From an uncultured Rhizobiaceae bacterium (lineage in GTDB: Bacteria; Pseudomonadota; Alphaproteobacteria; Rickettsiales; UBA1997), in NCBI GenBank assembly GCA_964622015.1, contig CAZUPN010000001.1:20746-65008 (forward strand): DNA of 44,263 nt. The letters run 5' to 3'. Positions 9,409 to 21,046 of the stretch are shown one piece after another. The position numbers and the translations under genes were made by a program. Each line of letters begins with the position of its first letter. The stretch's first letter is position 1. The notes under the pieces were generated by a model that searched no databases, had not been told where the DNA came from, and worked only from the letters and a program-made list of their open reading frames with translations.

Positions 9409-10137
9409 ATGACAAAAACTTTAAGCGCCAGAAATATCAGCAAAAATTACGGCAAAAAAAAGGTAATCTCTGACATCAGTATTGATATTAAGCAAGGTGA
9501 AATTGTCGGACTTTTGGGCCCAAATGGCGCCGGCAAAACTACCTGCTTTTATATTATCGTTGGATTAATTGCCGCTGATTTAGGCAATATTTTTATTGAT
9601 CAGCTTGATATTTCTCACATGCCAATGTATCAAAGAGCACGCCTTGGTATTAATTATTTGCCCCAGGAATCTTCAATTTTTAGAGGCATGAATGTTGAAG
9701 ATAATATCGATGCCATCCTTGAAATAATTGAGCCTGATCCAAAAGCCCGTCGGGAAAAATTAGAACAATTATTAGTAGAATTTTCAATTACTCATATCAG
9801 AAAAAGTCATGCTTTATCTTTATCGGGCGGTGAAAGAAGAAGAGTTGAAATTGCCAGGGCCCTTGCCACTAATCCTTCCTTTATATTGTTTGATGAACCA
9901 TTTGCCGGCATTGATCCAATTGCGGTTAATGATATCAGGCAAATGATCATACAGCTAAAAAATAAAAATATCGGGGTCTTAATTACTGATCATAATGTTC
10001 GCGAGACTCTAAGTATCGTTGATCATGGCTATATTGTCTATGACGGCACCATTCTAAGTAGCGGCTCCAAAGAGCAAATTATTAATGATCAAGAGGTAAA
10101 AAATGTCTATTTAGGAGAGGATTTCAAATATCTATGA
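9409..10137 (+). CDS. lptB: LPS export ABC transporter ATPase
   Basis: GPNGAGKTT and [15 protein letters not shown] motifs. The 242-aa size and C-terminal [10 protein letters not shown] are typical of LptB. Confidence 0.9.
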   Translation: MTKTLSARNISKNYGKKKVISDISIDIKQGEIVGLLGPNGAGKTTCFYIIVGLIAADLGNIFIDQLDISHMPMYQRARLGINYLPQESSIFRGMNVEDNIDAILEIIEPDPKARREKLEQLLVEFSITHIRKSHALSLSGGERRRVEIARALATNPSFILFDEPFAGIDPIAVNDIRQMIIQLKNKNIGVLITDHNVRETLSIVDHGYIVYDGTILSSGSKEQIINDQEVKNVYLGEDFKYL

Positions 10138-11336
10138 TCAAAAAAACCATCAAGAAATTCTTTGAACAAGAAGCTGCAACCGGAATATTACTAACGATTG
10201 CAACCACAATTGGACTTTTAATGGCCAATTCCTCCTGGTCAAATCATTATAATCAATTTTTAAATATCAAATTAGCACTTAATTTTGATGCGTTAAATTT
10301 AAATGAAGATTTATCAATTCGAGACTGGATCAATGACGCTTTAATGGCAATATTTTTCTTTTTGATTGGCATGGAATTAAAAAAAGAAATTTTGATTGGC
10401 GAATTATCAAGCGCCCCCCGAGTTGCCTTGCCGACAATTGCAGCAATTGGTGGGGTAATTTTTCCAGCATTAATTTTTTGCTATTTTAACTGGCATTTAA
10501 GTGATAATTTACGCGGATTTGCAATTCCAACCGCCACTGATATCGCCTTTGCTTACGGTATAGTTTGTTTATTTGGCAAAAAAATTTCTAATTCTTTAAA
10601 AGTATTTTTAGTAACTTTAGCAGTTTTGGATGATTTAATTGCTATTTTAATTATCGCTATTTTTTATACTGAGAATTTAAGAATCTTCTATTTAATACTG
10701 GCAATTGCTCCGCTGGCAACATTATTTTTGCTAAATTTTAAGCGCTGTCAAAAAATTATTTTTTATTTATTTGCCGGAATTATTTTATGGCTCTGCATTT
10801 TGCAATCCGGAATACACGCAACAATTGCTGGCGTAATATGCGGACTCTTTATCCCGCTTAAACTAGATAATTCTTCACTAAAAGAACATATTTATCATCA
10901 TGGAGATTCAACCTTAGAAACTACCGCCAAAAAACTTGCTCCAATCGTTAATTATTTAATTCTACCAATATTTGCCTTCGCTAATTCCGGAGTAAAAATT
11001 AATTTTTCGACAGATATTTTATTAGAGCCGGTATTTTTAGGCGTTGCCTGCGGATTATTTTTTGGCAAGCAATTTGGTGTCATGTTATTTAGCTTTTTAG
11101 CCATAAAATCAAAAATCTGCCAACTGCCAAGAAATTCCTCCTGGTTCGAATTTTACGGCATCGCAATCTTTACCGGCATCGGATTCACTATGAGCCTATT
11201 TATCTCAATACTTGCCTTTAGCAATAATCACCAAATTTTTGATCAGATAAAAATTGCCGTACTTGCCGGATCGGTGATTTCAATAATTTATGGTGTATTT
11301 ATTACCTATTTAGCTGAATGTAAAAAACCTAAATAA
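10134..11336 (+). CDS. nhaA: Na+/H+ antiporter NhaA
   Basis: [10 protein letters not shown] and [10 protein letters not shown] motifs (the NhaA catalytic Asp pair). About 12 TM segments. Confidence 0.9.
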   Translation: MIKKTIKKFFEQEAATGILLTIATTIGLLMANSSWSNHYNQFLNIKLALNFDALNLNEDLSIRDWINDALMAIFFFLIGMELKKEILIGELSSAPRVALPTIAAIGGVIFPALIFCYFNWHLSDNLRGFAIPTATDIAFAYGIVCLFGKKISNSLKVFLVTLAVLDDLIAILIIAIFYTENLRIFYLILAIAPLATLFLLNFKRCQKIIFYLFAGIILWLCILQSGIHATIAGVICGLFIPLKLDNSSLKEHIYHHGDSTLETTAKKLAPIVNYLILPIFAFANSGVKINFSTDILLEPVFLGVACGLFFGKQFGVMLFSFLAIKSKICQLPRNSSWFEFYGIAIFTGIGFTMSLFISILAFSNNHQIFDQIKIAVLAGSVISIIYGVFITYLAECKKPK

Positions 11337-11350
11337 CTATCCTATTTCAA

Positions 11351-12820
11351 ATGACTAATTCTCAAAATGATCAAACGCTGCAAGTTAATAGAATAATAAG
11401 AGGCCTATTAAAATCAGATCCTCAATCAATATTAAATGAGCAAGAATTACAATTATTAAAGACGATTTTATTAATAAAAAAATCTCAAAGGAAATCTATT
11501 GCAAGCCTGTCTTTGTTACTACCGACAAATACTGATATCGTATCATTTCAAAGCAAGAAAGATGCTAATTTGGCTTACAAACAAACCTTAAAAACCTTGC
11601 AACAATTAGACAGAAAAGGATATTTAAATAAAACGATATTTATTTCATCTTATTTTTTGACCTATTTATTTGCTAGTGGCTTTAGCTTTGCAATCTTTAA
11701 TCAATCAGCTAAAGAATTACCTAAAATCATCCAATCTCTTGATAATAATCCAAATATCAATAAAGCAATTGCGGCTATGGCTTCATTTGCAGTTATGGTT
11801 TCAAATGTTATTTTTGCCAAGATAGCAACTGAAAATATCTTAAGAGAAATCTTAAAAAAAGATAATTTCTCATCATTATCTCATCTTCTTTATATATTCT
11901 GTCTATCATTTATTGTTTTAAACTCAGTAGCGGTAGATGCGGCTTTTCCATTTGATGCTAAAGATGAAATTTATCAAACCTTATTTGGTTTAAGCAAAAA
12001 TCAAAATGATTTTAGCCATAAATTATTTTATATTGTTGGTTGTCTGCAAACAGCGGCAAGTGCCGTGGTGCTTGAATTAATGTATAGTAAATTTTTTATT
12101 GAAATCTTTGAAGATGTCAGCCTGGCCACAATTAAAAAACTGCCCAATCAAACTATCAATTTTATTAAAGAAAATAAAGGACTTGCCTTAATTAATACAG
12201 CTTTAATTGGAATTGCCGGTTTTGGATTTTATGCATTTTTGGATAATTCACGGGATATTTACCGGCGACATTTTACTTTTTTATCTAATGATGGGGCAAT
12301 ATTAACCAGCACCTTACTAGCAATTGCCGGCCAAACGCCAATAACATTTGTTTCAATGGCAAGCTTTGGCAAATTTGTCTGCGATTTAGTTACCAGGGAT
12401 AATAATCATAATTATCAACTACAACTAGATCAAGCTTTGCCATCTTTAAATGATCAGCAGCAAATTTTGCAATCTAGTAAATTGGCAAAAATTATTATGA
12501 TTTCAACAACCTTATCAATCTTGATTAATTCCTTAGGCAATGGATTATTAGCAATGTCAGATTCATCATCTAAAGCGGCAAATCTTTTTCGTTTTTTAAG
12601 CTCTTTCATGGTATGTTTTTGTATCTTTAGCCAAGGATTAATTGAAGAAAAACTTCAAAAAAGTAAAATTATTAAATCTTTATTACAAACCACTAACAGC
12701 AATGATTTGATGCAGGAATCTCAAAAGCAAGAATCCCCAAAATCAGAGCTACAAAAACCCCATTCCTTAATTCAATTAATTTCAAAGAATCATAATAACG
12801 CTAAAAACGCCTCACCGTAG
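11351..12820 (+). CDS. hypothetical polytopic membrane protein (no family recognised)
   Basis: A 489-codon ORF in a stop-rich AT genome. About 100 aa of hydrophilic N-terminus, about 8 hydrophobic segments, and a Q/S/K-rich C-terminal tail. Starts 14 nt after nhaA. Confidence 0.6.
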   Translation: MTNSQNDQTLQVNRIIRGLLKSDPQSILNEQELQLLKTILLIKKSQRKSIASLSLLLPTNTDIVSFQSKKDANLAYKQTLKTLQQLDRKGYLNKTIFISSYFLTYLFASGFSFAIFNQSAKELPKIIQSLDNNPNINKAIAAMASFAVMVSNVIFAKIATENILREILKKDNFSSLSHLLYIFCLSFIVLNSVAVDAAFPFDAKDEIYQTLFGLSKNQNDFSHKLFYIVGCLQTAASAVVLELMYSKFFIEIFEDVSLATIKKLPNQTINFIKENKGLALINTALIGIAGFGFYAFLDNSRDIYRRHFTFLSNDGAILTSTLLAIAGQTPITFVSMASFGKFVCDLVTRDNNHNYQLQLDQALPSLNDQQQILQSSKLAKIIMISTTLSILINSLGNGLLAMSDSSSKAANLFRFLSSFMVCFCIFSQGLIEEKLQKSKIIKSLLQTTNSNDLMQESQKQESPKSELQKPHSLIQLISKNHNNAKNASP

Positions 12821-14601
12821 TTTTTAAGTTTTGCCTCACCAACCCCGCTTATTTTTAGCATTTCAGCTGGGGTTTTTGGACGATATTTGATCATTTCATG
12901 AAATATTATATATGGCGGGAGTTTTTCAGCTTTGGAGATTTCTAATCTTTTGGCTTTTAATTTATTAAATAACTCTTTTTCATCTTTGGTTTTTAATTCA
13001 AAACGGTCTTTGATTTGGTATTTTTCTTGGCCCAATTCTTTTACTGCCGGTTCTTTAATTGCTTTTTTCCTTGGTATATATTCAGATAATCTCAGTGAGT
13101 TTTTTAGGCGCAAAAATTGATGGCCTAATCTAGTGCTTTCAATACCACCCTGGCCAGCCATAACAACCTTTAGAAGATCGATTGCTACTAATTGTCTAAA
13201 AATACTTTGCCACTGGAATTTATCATATTCTTTACCGATGCCAAAGGTGCTGATTTTGTCATGGTTAAAATTTTGCATTCTTTGATCAGTATTACCAAGC
13301 AACACATCAATTAAATAAGTTACGCCAAATCTTTGGCCAGTTCTGTAAACGCAAGAAATTGCTTTTTGAGCAGCAATCATACCATCAAAAGTTGTTGGTG
13401 GGTTAAGGCAAATATCGCAGTTATTGCAAGGGCTACAATCATCACCGAAATATCTAAGCAAAATTTGTCTGCGACAAGTTGATGCTTCACATAATCCAAG
13501 TAAGGAGCTTAGTTTTTGCCTTTCAATTCTTTTTTGATTTTCATCAGCATTTGAGCTTTCGATAAAACTTCTTTGCATCGCAACATCACTTAAACCATAA
13601 GACATCCAGGCGCTTGCCGCCAAGCCATCTCGCCCCGCTCTTCCAGTTTCTTGATAATAAGCTTCAATATTTTTTGGAATATTAAGATGAGCAACAAATC
13701 TCACATCCGGCTTGTCAATTCCCATGCCAAAAGCAATGGTTGCAACCATGATGATATTATCTTCAGTTAAAAATTTTTCTAAATTATTTTTTCTTTCATG
13801 ATTACTCATCCCGGCATGATAGGCAAAAACTTTAAATCCCTCTTCTTTTAGCCAAATTGTGGTTTCTTCAGTTTTTTTTCGCGAAATACAATAGATAATC
13901 CCGCTATCATTTTGATGATTTTCTTTGATAAATTCGAGGAGCTGCTTTTTGCTATTTTTAGCCGGACAAATAGTATAAAAAATATTGGGGCGATCAAAAC
14001 TGGAAGTAAAAATTTTAGCACCCTTAAGTTTAAGACGCTCAATAATATCCTTACGAGTTGGAATATCGGCAGTTGCAGTTAAAGCAAGGCGCGGCACTTC
14101 AGGAAATTTATCAGCTAAAATATCAAGCTCGGTATAAACCGGCCTAAAATCATGCCCCCACTGCGAAACGCAATGGGCCTCATCAATTGCAAATAAAGAA
14201 ATCTTGACCTCTAACAACAAACTCAAAAAATCCGCCATCAACAAACGCTCCGGCGCCACATAAAGCAAATCAAGCTCTTGGCTTTTAATCAAATTTTTAA
14301 TTTCAAAAATCTGACTGGCATTCATACTGGAATTAATCGCCGCTGCCCTCACCCCTTCTTGCTTTAAAGCACTAACCTGATCCTGCATCAAAGCAATCAA
14401 AGGCGAAATCACCACCGCCATCCCCTTAAGACATAAAGCTGGAATCTGGTAACAAAGCGACTTACCACCACCAGTTGGCATCAACACCAGCGCATTTTTA
14501 GCAGCAATAACATTATTTATCACCTCTTCTTGATGACCACGAAATTGATCATAACCAAAGACATGCTTTAAAATATATGATGGTGAAGAATTTTTTTTCA
14601 T
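12790..14601 (-). CDS. recQ: ATP-dependent DNA helicase RecQ
   Basis: [35 protein letters not shown], a Zn-binding Cys cluster (CRRQ..CNNCDIC), and a C-terminal HRDC-like segment. Confidence 0.92.
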   Translation of the reverse strand: MKKNSSPSYILKHVFGYDQFRGHQEEVINNVIAAKNALVLMPTGGGKSLCYQIPALCLKGMAVVISPLIALMQDQVSALKQEGVRAAAINSSMNASQIFEIKNLIKSQELDLLYVAPERLLMADFLSLLLEVKISLFAIDEAHCVSQWGHDFRPVYTELDILADKFPEVPRLALTATADIPTRKDIIERLKLKGAKIFTSSFDRPNIFYTICPAKNSKKQLLEFIKENHQNDSGIIYCISRKKTEETTIWLKEEGFKVFAYHAGMSNHERKNNLEKFLTEDNIIMVATIAFGMGIDKPDVRFVAHLNIPKNIEAYYQETGRAGRDGLAASAWMSYGLSDVAMQRSFIESSNADENQKRIERQKLSSLLGLCEASTCRRQILLRYFGDDCSPCNNCDICLNPPTTFDGMIAAQKAISCVYRTGQRFGVTYLIDVLLGNTDQRMQNFNHDKISTFGIGKEYDKFQWQSIFRQLVAIDLLKVVMAGQGGIESTRLGHQFLRLKNSLRLSEYIPRKKAIKEPAVKELGQEKYQIKDRFELKTKDEKELFNKLKAKRLEISKAEKLPPYIIFHEMIKYRPKTPAEMLKISGVGEAKLKNYGEAFLALL

Positions 14602-14605
14602 TTGC

Positions 14606-15874
14606 TTATATATCTCTTAAACTATCGTGGTTTTGGCTTTTTTTTGATAAAATCACTAAAACCATCAAAGACGGAATTGATAATATTATTGAAAATAAAA
14701 AGAAATTAATCCAGCCAAATGTAGCGGCAACCATCCCGGCAGATGAAGAAAATAGGCTGCGCCCTAGACTTGCCAGCGACATTAGTAAGGAATATTGGGT
14801 GGCACTAAACATGATATTACATAGGCTGCTTAAATAGGTAACCAGCACCGCATCACCGATACCACCACTAAAATTTTCCATAAACATTACCGCATAAAGG
14901 CTACTTGGATTATAGCCAATAATTGCTTGATAGCAAAAACCTAAATTAGAAGTCATTTGCATTAAAAGCGCGATCCATAACGCTTTATTGCTGCCAATTT
15001 TCTTAATTATATGAGCACCAATATAAGCGCCAATTAAAGTAGCAAATAGACCGTAGGTTTTAACAATTGAGGCGATTTCAACTTTAGAGAATTTTAAATC
15101 AAGCAGGAAGGACATAGTTAGGCTACCAGCAAAAGCATCGCTTAATTTAAAACAGATGATAAAAATTATGATGAGATACCATTTGGGACGCTTTACTAAA
15201 TCTTTGAGCGGAGCAAGAACTGCGCCCTTAAACCAGCAAGCAAAATTATAAGTTTTGCTGACCCAATTTTTTCTAGTATCATCAGCAAATAAAATAGTGA
15301 TAGTCCCAACTGACATCAGGGCTGCCATTACCAAATAAACAATCCTCCAACTAACCAAACTGGATAAAATCAAAGCGCCGGCAGTGCTGATAATAATTGC
15401 AATTCGGTAGCCATAAATATAAAAAGAGGCAGCAAAACCCTGATCTTCTTTAGCAATCAGCTCTATTCGATAGGCATCGATTACTAAATCCTGACTGGCA
15501 GAAGAAAAGGCCACCAGAAATGCAAAAATTGCAATAAGAGTCACACTATGGCTATTTGCAAAAATACCAATTGCGGAAATAAAAATTGCCAGTAAGAATT
15601 GCGTAAAAATCATCCATGACCTTCTTTGACCAAATTTCTTGGTAAGATAAAATAGACCAAAAGAATCAATTACCGGCGCAAAAAGCAATTTACAATTATA
15701 AGGGATAGTAACTAAGGAGAACAATCCAATGGTTTTTAAATTAACCTCATATTCAAATAGCAGCGCTTGCAAGGTTGACATCACTAAAGATAAAGGCAAT
15801 CCCGAAGAAAAACCAAGAAAAAAAATGATTACAAAATTTTTGACCCGAGCTTTTTTGCTTATTTGTATTTCCAT
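14606..15874 (-). CDS. ampG: MFS transporter, AmpG-like muropeptide permease
   Basis: [12 protein letters not shown]-terminal motif, 12+ TM segments, 422 aa. Confidence 0.85.
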   Translation of the reverse strand: MEIQISKKARVKNFVIIFFLGFSSGLPLSLVMSTLQALLFEYEVNLKTIGLFSLVTIPYNCKLLFAPVIDSFGLFYLTKKFGQRRSWMIFTQFLLAIFISAIGIFANSHSVTLIAIFAFLVAFSSASQDLVIDAYRIELIAKEDQGFAASFYIYGYRIAIIISTAGALILSSLVSWRIVYLVMAALMSVGTITILFADDTRKNWVSKTYNFACWFKGAVLAPLKDLVKRPKWYLIIIFIICFKLSDAFAGSLTMSFLLDLKFSKVEIASIVKTYGLFATLIGAYIGAHIIKKIGSNKALWIALLMQMTSNLGFCYQAIIGYNPSSLYAVMFMENFSGGIGDAVLVTYLSSLCNIMFSATQYSLLMSLASLGRSLFSSSAGMVAATFGWINFFLFSIILSIPSLMVLVILSKKSQNHDSLRDI

Positions 15875-15980
15875 ATTTAAGTCTATTTTACCGATTTTTA
15901 AGAATAGCTACTTGAGTTTTTTATAAAATCAGCTAATTATTATAAAGACAATCTTCTTTTATCAATTAAATTAATTAAAA

Positions 15981-16547
15981 ATGTCAGATCATAAAAATCC
16001 TGATTTACTATATGGCACTACTATTATTTCAGTAAGAAAAAATGGCGAGGTAGTAATTGCCGGTGACGGGCAGGTAACTTTTGGTAATGCGGTTTTAAAA
16101 TCAAATGCTAAAAAAGTAAGAAAATTAGGTGATGGCTCAATTATTACTGGTTTTGCCGGCGCAACTGCCGATGCTTTTACTTTATTTGAAAGGTTGGAAG
16201 CTAAACTTGATCAATATCCAAATCAATTAACCAGAGCTTGCGTTGAACTTGCCAAAGATTGGCGTACCGATAAATATTTGCGCAGACTCGAAGCGATGAT
16301 GATTGTGGCCGACCGCGATGTTTCACTGGTTTTAACTGGTAATGGTGATGTGGTAGAGCCTGAAAATGGTATCATCGGTATTGGCTCTGGTGGAAATTTT
16401 GCTTTAGCTGCAGCCCGGGCTTTAATTGATATTGAAAAAATAAGCGCTAAAGAAATTGCTGAAAAATCAATCAAAATTGCTGCTGATTTATGTATCTACA
16501 CCAATAATAACCTAACCATCGAAAGCCTTAAAACCAATGACAAATAA
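15981..16547 (+). CDS. hslV: ATP-dependent protease subunit HslV
   Basis: [22 protein letters not shown] (N-terminal Thr nucleophile context) and [14 protein letters not shown]. Confidence 0.92.
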   Translation: MSDHKNPDLLYGTTIISVRKNGEVVIAGDGQVTFGNAVLKSNAKKVRKLGDGSIITGFAGATADAFTLFERLEAKLDQYPNQLTRACVELAKDWRTDKYLRRLEAMMIVADRDVSLVLTGNGDVVEPENGIIGIGSGGNFALAAARALIDIEKISAKEIAEKSIKIAADLCIYTNNNLTIESLKTNDK

Positions 16548-17943
16548 TTTAAGAAATTTTCTTCTGCTAGCTATTTTAATTAGCGCTTTATTTTGGCAAA
16601 ATGCCTATGCTCAGATCAGTTTTAATATCAAAAATGAAGATACTCCTAAAACCAAAATCTTATTTCTTGGCTTTGATTCTGCCAATTACAGTTTAAAAAC
16701 TGACATTAGCGAAATTACTGAAGTAATAAAACGCAATCTTGACACTACTGATTTATTTGAAATTATCAAACATAGCGGAACATTATCAACCGGTCCTTCA
16801 AATCAAAATAATAAAGATAAAAAACCAGCTAATCATATTGCAAGTGAAGGATCTGGGGAGCAAGATTTAGCAACTGAAACTTTGCCGGATTTTGCCAAAT
16901 ATCAAAAACTTGGTATTGGTGCAATTTTAATTGCTGATTTTGGCTATGGCCCAAATGGCAATCTTGAAATTAAAGTCAGGATGTGGGATGTGCTTGATGA
17001 AAGGCAGTTATTTGGCAAATATTACTCGGCCTCCAAAGATAATTACAAAAAAATGGCTAATTTAATTTCGGATGAAATTTTTAAGTCAATCACCGGTGAA
17101 AAAATCGGCCATTTTAATTCTAAAATTCTTTATGTGGCAGAAAGTGGCAGCGTGTTAAAAAGAATTAAAAAAATTATATCTATTGATTTTGATGGCTCAC
17201 AAAGAAGAGTTTTAACTGATGGCAGAGACCTAGTATTAACTCCGATTTTTTCTAAAAAAAATGATGAGATATTGTTGTTACGCTATAAAAATAATCGCCC
17301 ACAAGTTACCGCTCTTAATTTAGACAGTTTGAGATTTAAAAGAATTGGTGGCTTTGAAGGCACTACTTACGCTGCAAATATTCATCCCATTGATCCAAAT
17401 ATTGTCTTAGTTTCAGCAATTCAAAATGGCAATAGTGATATTTATGAGGTTAATTTAACTCAAAATAGCGCCAAAAAATTAACTAAAAATCCCGGAATTG
17501 ATACTACCCCATATTATTCGCCAGATGGGCGTTATATAGTTTTTGTCTCTGATCGCGATGGCGCTCAAAAGCTTTATTTGATGGACTCCGAAGGTGGATC
17601 AGTTAGAAAAATTAGCTATAATTCTGGCTCCTACTCAAAACCAGTCTGGTCACCAGATGGCAAATTAATTGCTTTTACCAAGCAGCTTAATGGTCGCTTT
17701 TATATCGGCTTAATGTCGCCAAATGGCCGCAATGAAAAATTAATCACCAGCGGTTATTTAGTTGAAGGCGCTAGATGGTCACCAAATGGCCGCTATTTAA
17801 TTTATTCAAGAAAACAGGGGCCTTATGGCAAGGAAAGCATTCCAAGACTTTATGTAATCGATATTGTAACCGGCTATGAAAGACAAATGCCAACCCCTGA
17901 AAATGAAGGGGCAACTGATCCTGATTGGACATTAAAATATTAA
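16537..17943 (+). CDS. tolB: Tol-Pal system beta-propeller protein TolB
   Basis: Signal peptide and repeated SPDG/SPNG blades ([39 protein letters not shown]). ATG at 16537 overlaps the hslV end by 11 nt. Confidence 0.9.
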   Translation: MTNNLRNFLLLAILISALFWQNAYAQISFNIKNEDTPKTKILFLGFDSANYSLKTDISEITEVIKRNLDTTDLFEIIKHSGTLSTGPSNQNNKDKKPANHIASEGSGEQDLATETLPDFAKYQKLGIGAILIADFGYGPNGNLEIKVRMWDVLDERQLFGKYYSASKDNYKKMANLISDEIFKSITGEKIGHFNSKILYVAESGSVLKRIKKIISIDFDGSQRRVLTDGRDLVLTPIFSKKNDEILLLRYKNNRPQVTALNLDSLRFKRIGGFEGTTYAANIHPIDPNIVLVSAIQNGNSDIYEVNLTQNSAKKLTKNPGIDTTPYYSPDGRYIVFVSDRDGAQKLYLMDSEGGSVRKISYNSGSYSKPVWSPDGKLIAFTKQLNGRFYIGLMSPNGRNEKLITSGYLVEGARWSPNGRYLIYSRKQGPYGKESIPRLYVIDIVTGYERQMPTPENEGATDPDWTLKY

Positions 17944-17946
17944 ATT

Positions 17947-19209
17947 ATGGATATAAATACCGAGATTAATTTGATTTCAGTTGGGTTATTAATACTGGTC
18001 TCTGCCCTAATTTCATGCTTTGAAACTTCAATTACCGCCGCTTCACGTGCTAAAATTCATCGCCTTAAAAATGAAGGTAATAAAAGAGCAAAAACTCTGG
18101 AATTATTGCTTTTGGATCGCGAAAAAGTTATCGGTACCATGCTGCTTTGCAATAATGCCGTCAATATTTTAGCTTCAGCGATCACCACCAGCTTCTTAAT
18201 AAAAATTTTTGGCGATATCGGTTTAGTATATGCAACTTTTAGCATGACTTTCATTACCATAATTTTTGCTGAAATTGCCCCTAAAACTCTTGCCCTCAAA
18301 GCCCCGGATCAAATTGCATTATTTTTTGCACCAACTATTAATATTTTGGTAAAAATATTTTTTCCAATTACTAATTTTACTCAAAAAATTATTGGCGGCA
18401 CTTTAGGATTTTTCTTTAAATCTCATCAAAAATCATCACATATGGAATTGGAAGAAATCCGCGATACTGTTGATCTCAAGCATAAAGAAGGGGCAATCTT
18501 TAAATATGATAAGGAGATGATTGATGGGGTTTTAGATTTATCCGATATTGAGATTAGCGAAATTATGATTCATCGCAAAGATATCGTAGCACTTAATTTT
18601 GATTTACCAATTGAGGAATTGGTTAAAAAAGCGCTTGAGCTTAATTACACCCGCATTGCTTTATGGCAACAAAATGAAGAAAATATTGTTGCAATTTTAA
18701 ATATTAAAAAATTACTTAAATCTCTTTATCAATATCAGGGCGATATTAGTAAATTTGATCTCGGATCAGTTTATAGCGAGCCTTGGTTTGTCCCTGCCAA
18801 TAATACTCTCAAAGCGCAGCTTTTTGCTTTTAGAAAAAATAAAAAAAGATTGGCTTTAGTGGTTGATGAATATGGTAGTTTACAAGGGCTAATCACTTTG
18901 GAAGATATTTTAGAAGAAATAGTTGGTGAAATTAAAGAACAAGACGACAATAATGATCTAAAAATTACCAAAATCAGCGATAATTGTTATGAAATTGCCG
19001 CTAAAATGCTGATCAGAGATATTAATAAAAATCTTAATTGGAATCTTAAGGAAGATGATAATAGCTATAATTTAACAGGGCTAATTATCTCTGAAACCGG
19101 CACTATTCCAAAATTAAAAGATAGCATTAATATCGATAATTATAATTTCCAGATTACCAAGAAAAGTGGCAATAATATTATTTTGGTAAAAATTAAAAAA
19201 ATAAATTAA
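17947..19209 (+). CDS. tlyC: CNNM/DUF21-CBS-CorC_HlyC membrane protein (hemolysin C-type, TlyC-like)
   Basis: N-terminal DUF21 TM region, CBS pair, and a C-terminal transporter-associated domain (LALVVDEYGSLQGLITLEDILEEIVGEI). Confidence 0.85.
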   Translation: MDINTEINLISVGLLILVSALISCFETSITAASRAKIHRLKNEGNKRAKTLELLLLDREKVIGTMLLCNNAVNILASAITTSFLIKIFGDIGLVYATFSMTFITIIFAEIAPKTLALKAPDQIALFFAPTINILVKIFFPITNFTQKIIGGTLGFFFKSHQKSSHMELEEIRDTVDLKHKEGAIFKYDKEMIDGVLDLSDIEISEIMIHRKDIVALNFDLPIEELVKKALELNYTRIALWQQNEENIVAILNIKKLLKSLYQYQGDISKFDLGSVYSEPWFVPANNTLKAQLFAFRKNKKRLALVVDEYGSLQGLITLEDILEEIVGEIKEQDDNNDLKITKISDNCYEIAAKMLIRDINKNLNWNLKEDDNSYNLTGLIISETGTIPKLKDSINIDNYNFQITKKSGNNIILVKIKKIN

Positions 19210-19217
19210 TAAATAAA

Positions 19218-20102
19218 ATGACTGTAAAAATAATTGATGGCAAAAAAATTGCTATGGAACTCAAAACTGAAATCGCCAAGCAGGTTGAAGAAATCAAAGC
19301 AAAATATTTTATTACCCCCTCTTTAGCGGTAATATTGGTTGGTAATGATCCTGCAAGCGAAGTTTATGTCAGCAATAAAGAAAGAGCTGCGCATTATGTG
19401 GGCATGAATTCTATTCAATATAAGCTGGCAGCCAATACCTCACAAGATGAATTAATTGCTAAAATTGAAGAGTTAAATAATGATCCTAAAATTCATGGTA
19501 TTTTAGTACAATTACCACTACCAAAACATATTAACGCCACCAAAATAATTCATACCATCAATTATCAAAAAGATGTTGATGGTTTTAATGTTATCAATGT
19601 TGGAAAATTATCAATTGGTGAAGTTGACGGTAAGGATGGCGCCATCATTCCTTGCACCCCGATGGGCTGTATACATTTAATTAAATCAGCAATTGGAAAG
19701 GATCTATCCGGATTAAAGACCTTGGTAATTGGCACCTCAAACATAGTTGGCAGGCCCTTAGCGCGATTATTAATGCTGGAAAACTGCACCGTAACCATTG
19801 CTAATCGTAAAACTAAAGATTTAAAGGCTGAATGCTTACAATCTGATATTATTATTTCTGCTACCGGTGTTGTAGGATTAGTTAAAGCCGATATGGTAAA
19901 AAAAGATGCAGTAATTATTGACGTTGGAATTAATCGTATTAATCTTGAAGGTGGCAAAACCAAATTAGTTGGCGATGTTGACTTTGACAATCTAAAAGAT
20001 AAAGTTTTAGCAATTACACCGGTTCCTGGCGGGGTTGGCCCGATGACAATCGCTTATTTGTTAAAAAACACTTTGGAAGCTTGTTTAAAAACCTGCTCAT
20101 AA
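19218..20102 (+). CDS. folD: bifunctional methylenetetrahydrofolate dehydrogenase/cyclohydrolase
   Basis: ILVGNDPASEVYVSNK, GILVQLPLP, ITPVPGGVGPMT. Confidence 0.93.
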   Translation: MTVKIIDGKKIAMELKTEIAKQVEEIKAKYFITPSLAVILVGNDPASEVYVSNKERAAHYVGMNSIQYKLAANTSQDELIAKIEELNNDPKIHGILVQLPLPKHINATKIIHTINYQKDVDGFNVINVGKLSIGEVDGKDGAIIPCTPMGCIHLIKSAIGKDLSGLKTLVIGTSNIVGRPLARLLMLENCTVTIANRKTKDLKAECLQSDIIISATGVVGLVKADMVKKDAVIIDVGINRINLEGGKTKLVGDVDFDNLKDKVLAITPVPGGVGPMTIAYLLKNTLEACLKTCS

Positions 20103-20129
20103 TAATTTCTAAAAATTTAAAATAAAAAT

Positions 20130-20813
20130 ATGGCTAGTAATAATGAAGAAGTAATGCATTTGATTAATCAAGCAAGAGCAGAAGCTAGAAGGGAGAGTTT
20201 TAAAAATACCTTAGTTAAAAATTCTAAATTAATTATTGCTTTAATTTTATTATCCGTATTTTTGCTTAGCGGTTTTTTTATTTTTACCTCTTACCAGGAT
20301 AGTAAAAAAGAAAAATTTTCTGAAAAACTTCATCAAGCCCTGATTTATCAAGAAAAAGGCGAGATGAAAAAAGTCGAGGAAATTTTACAGGATATTTACC
20401 ATTCAAATTCGGCCCCAAGCGGCGTAAAATCAATCGCCTCAATCAGATTAGCAGCAATTTTAATGGAAGATGATCAAAAGCCTGAAGCGGTTAAAATTTA
20501 TCAAGAAATCAATAATAATAAAAATTATGATCAATATATTAGGGAATTAGCCGGGTTATTAGAGATTAAAACCCTAATTGCAATTGATGATAAATCCAAG
20601 CAAAAAGAAACCTTAGAAATAATCAATAAAATTGAGTCTAAAGCAACTCCACTTAAATATTATATCAGCGAACAAAAAGGAATTTTTGCAATGAAACAAG
20701 GCGATCTTGAAGGCGCTAACAAAATTTTTGAATCAATTGCCAAAAATCCTGAAAGTTCAGAGCCGCTGAAAAAAAGATCAGGCGAGATGTTAAAAATTAT
20801 TGCTTCTAAGTAA
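20130..20813 (+). CDS. membrane-anchored TPR-like protein, YfgM-like
   Basis: One N-terminal TM segment followed by a helical repeat region. The position immediately upstream of bamB mirrors the yfgM-bamB arrangement of other proteobacteria. The call rests on architecture and synteny, not on motifs. Confidence 0.5.
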   Translation: MASNNEEVMHLINQARAEARRESFKNTLVKNSKLIIALILLSVFLLSGFFIFTSYQDSKKEKFSEKLHQALIYQEKGEMKKVEEILQDIYHSNSAPSGVKSIASIRLAAILMEDDQKPEAVKIYQEINNNKNYDQYIRELAGLLEIKTLIAIDDKSKQKETLEIINKIESKATPLKYYISEQKGIFAMKQGDLEGANKIFESIAKNPESSEPLKKRSGEMLKIIASK

Positions 20814-20894
20814 AAAAATGTAAATTCTCTGGAAAGGAGCTCATAAGACGATGCGGCAATTTAGAGCCGCAAACCAAAAAAGAACCATTGTAAG

Positions 20895-20915
20895 AAGGGG
20901 CCTTATTGACCTCTT
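20895..20915. repeat. degenerate copy of the short GGGGTC-loop-GACCCC hairpin repeat
   Basis: AAGGGGCCTTATTGACCTCTT, compared with AAGGGGTCTATTGACCCCTT at 26455. Confidence 0.5.
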
Positions 20916-20974
20916 GTTAATAGTTGGATCATATTGATAGTTATAAAAAACCTCAACTTGATTCAAGCCTAAGG

Positions 20975-20994
20975 AAGGGGTCAATAGAGCCATT
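20975..20994. repeat. copy of the short hairpin repeat (imperfect stem)
   Basis: AAGGGGTCAATAGAGCCATT followed by CCTGCA. Compare 5055 (AATGGGTCAATAGACCCATT + CCCGCA). Confidence 0.6.
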
Positions 20995-21046
20995 CCTGCA
21001 CATAAATTACACGAATTACACACATACTTAATTACAAAAAAAGAAT

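Noticed and set aside
9454-9461. Homopolymeric A/T runs of 8-9 nt inside coding genes (for example lptB 9454-9461, and the recQ 5' end near 14591-14598) as possible programmed slippage sites or pseudogenising frameshifts.
   Set aside because: All affected ORFs remain intact and full-length. Such runs are expected at this A+T content (Lys/Phe/Asn codons), and nothing in the sequence indicates frameshifting.
19565-19990. A 141-aa ORF antisense to folD. Similar antisense or shadow ORFs lie at 37882-38268 and 37417-37680 (ffh), 22822-23136 (dapF), 23766-24940 (several in ppdK), 16223-16474 (hslV), 34855-35085 (htrA), 29876-30136 and 31896-32105 (ANK gene), 172-429, 1684-1893 and 2301-2588 (RND pump), and 41949-42681 (ychF).
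   Set aside because: Each lies entirely inside a well-supported conserved gene, on the opposite strand or in another frame. Their compositions are Ser/Pro/Leu/Ile-rich, as is typical of shadow frames, and no motifs are recognisable.
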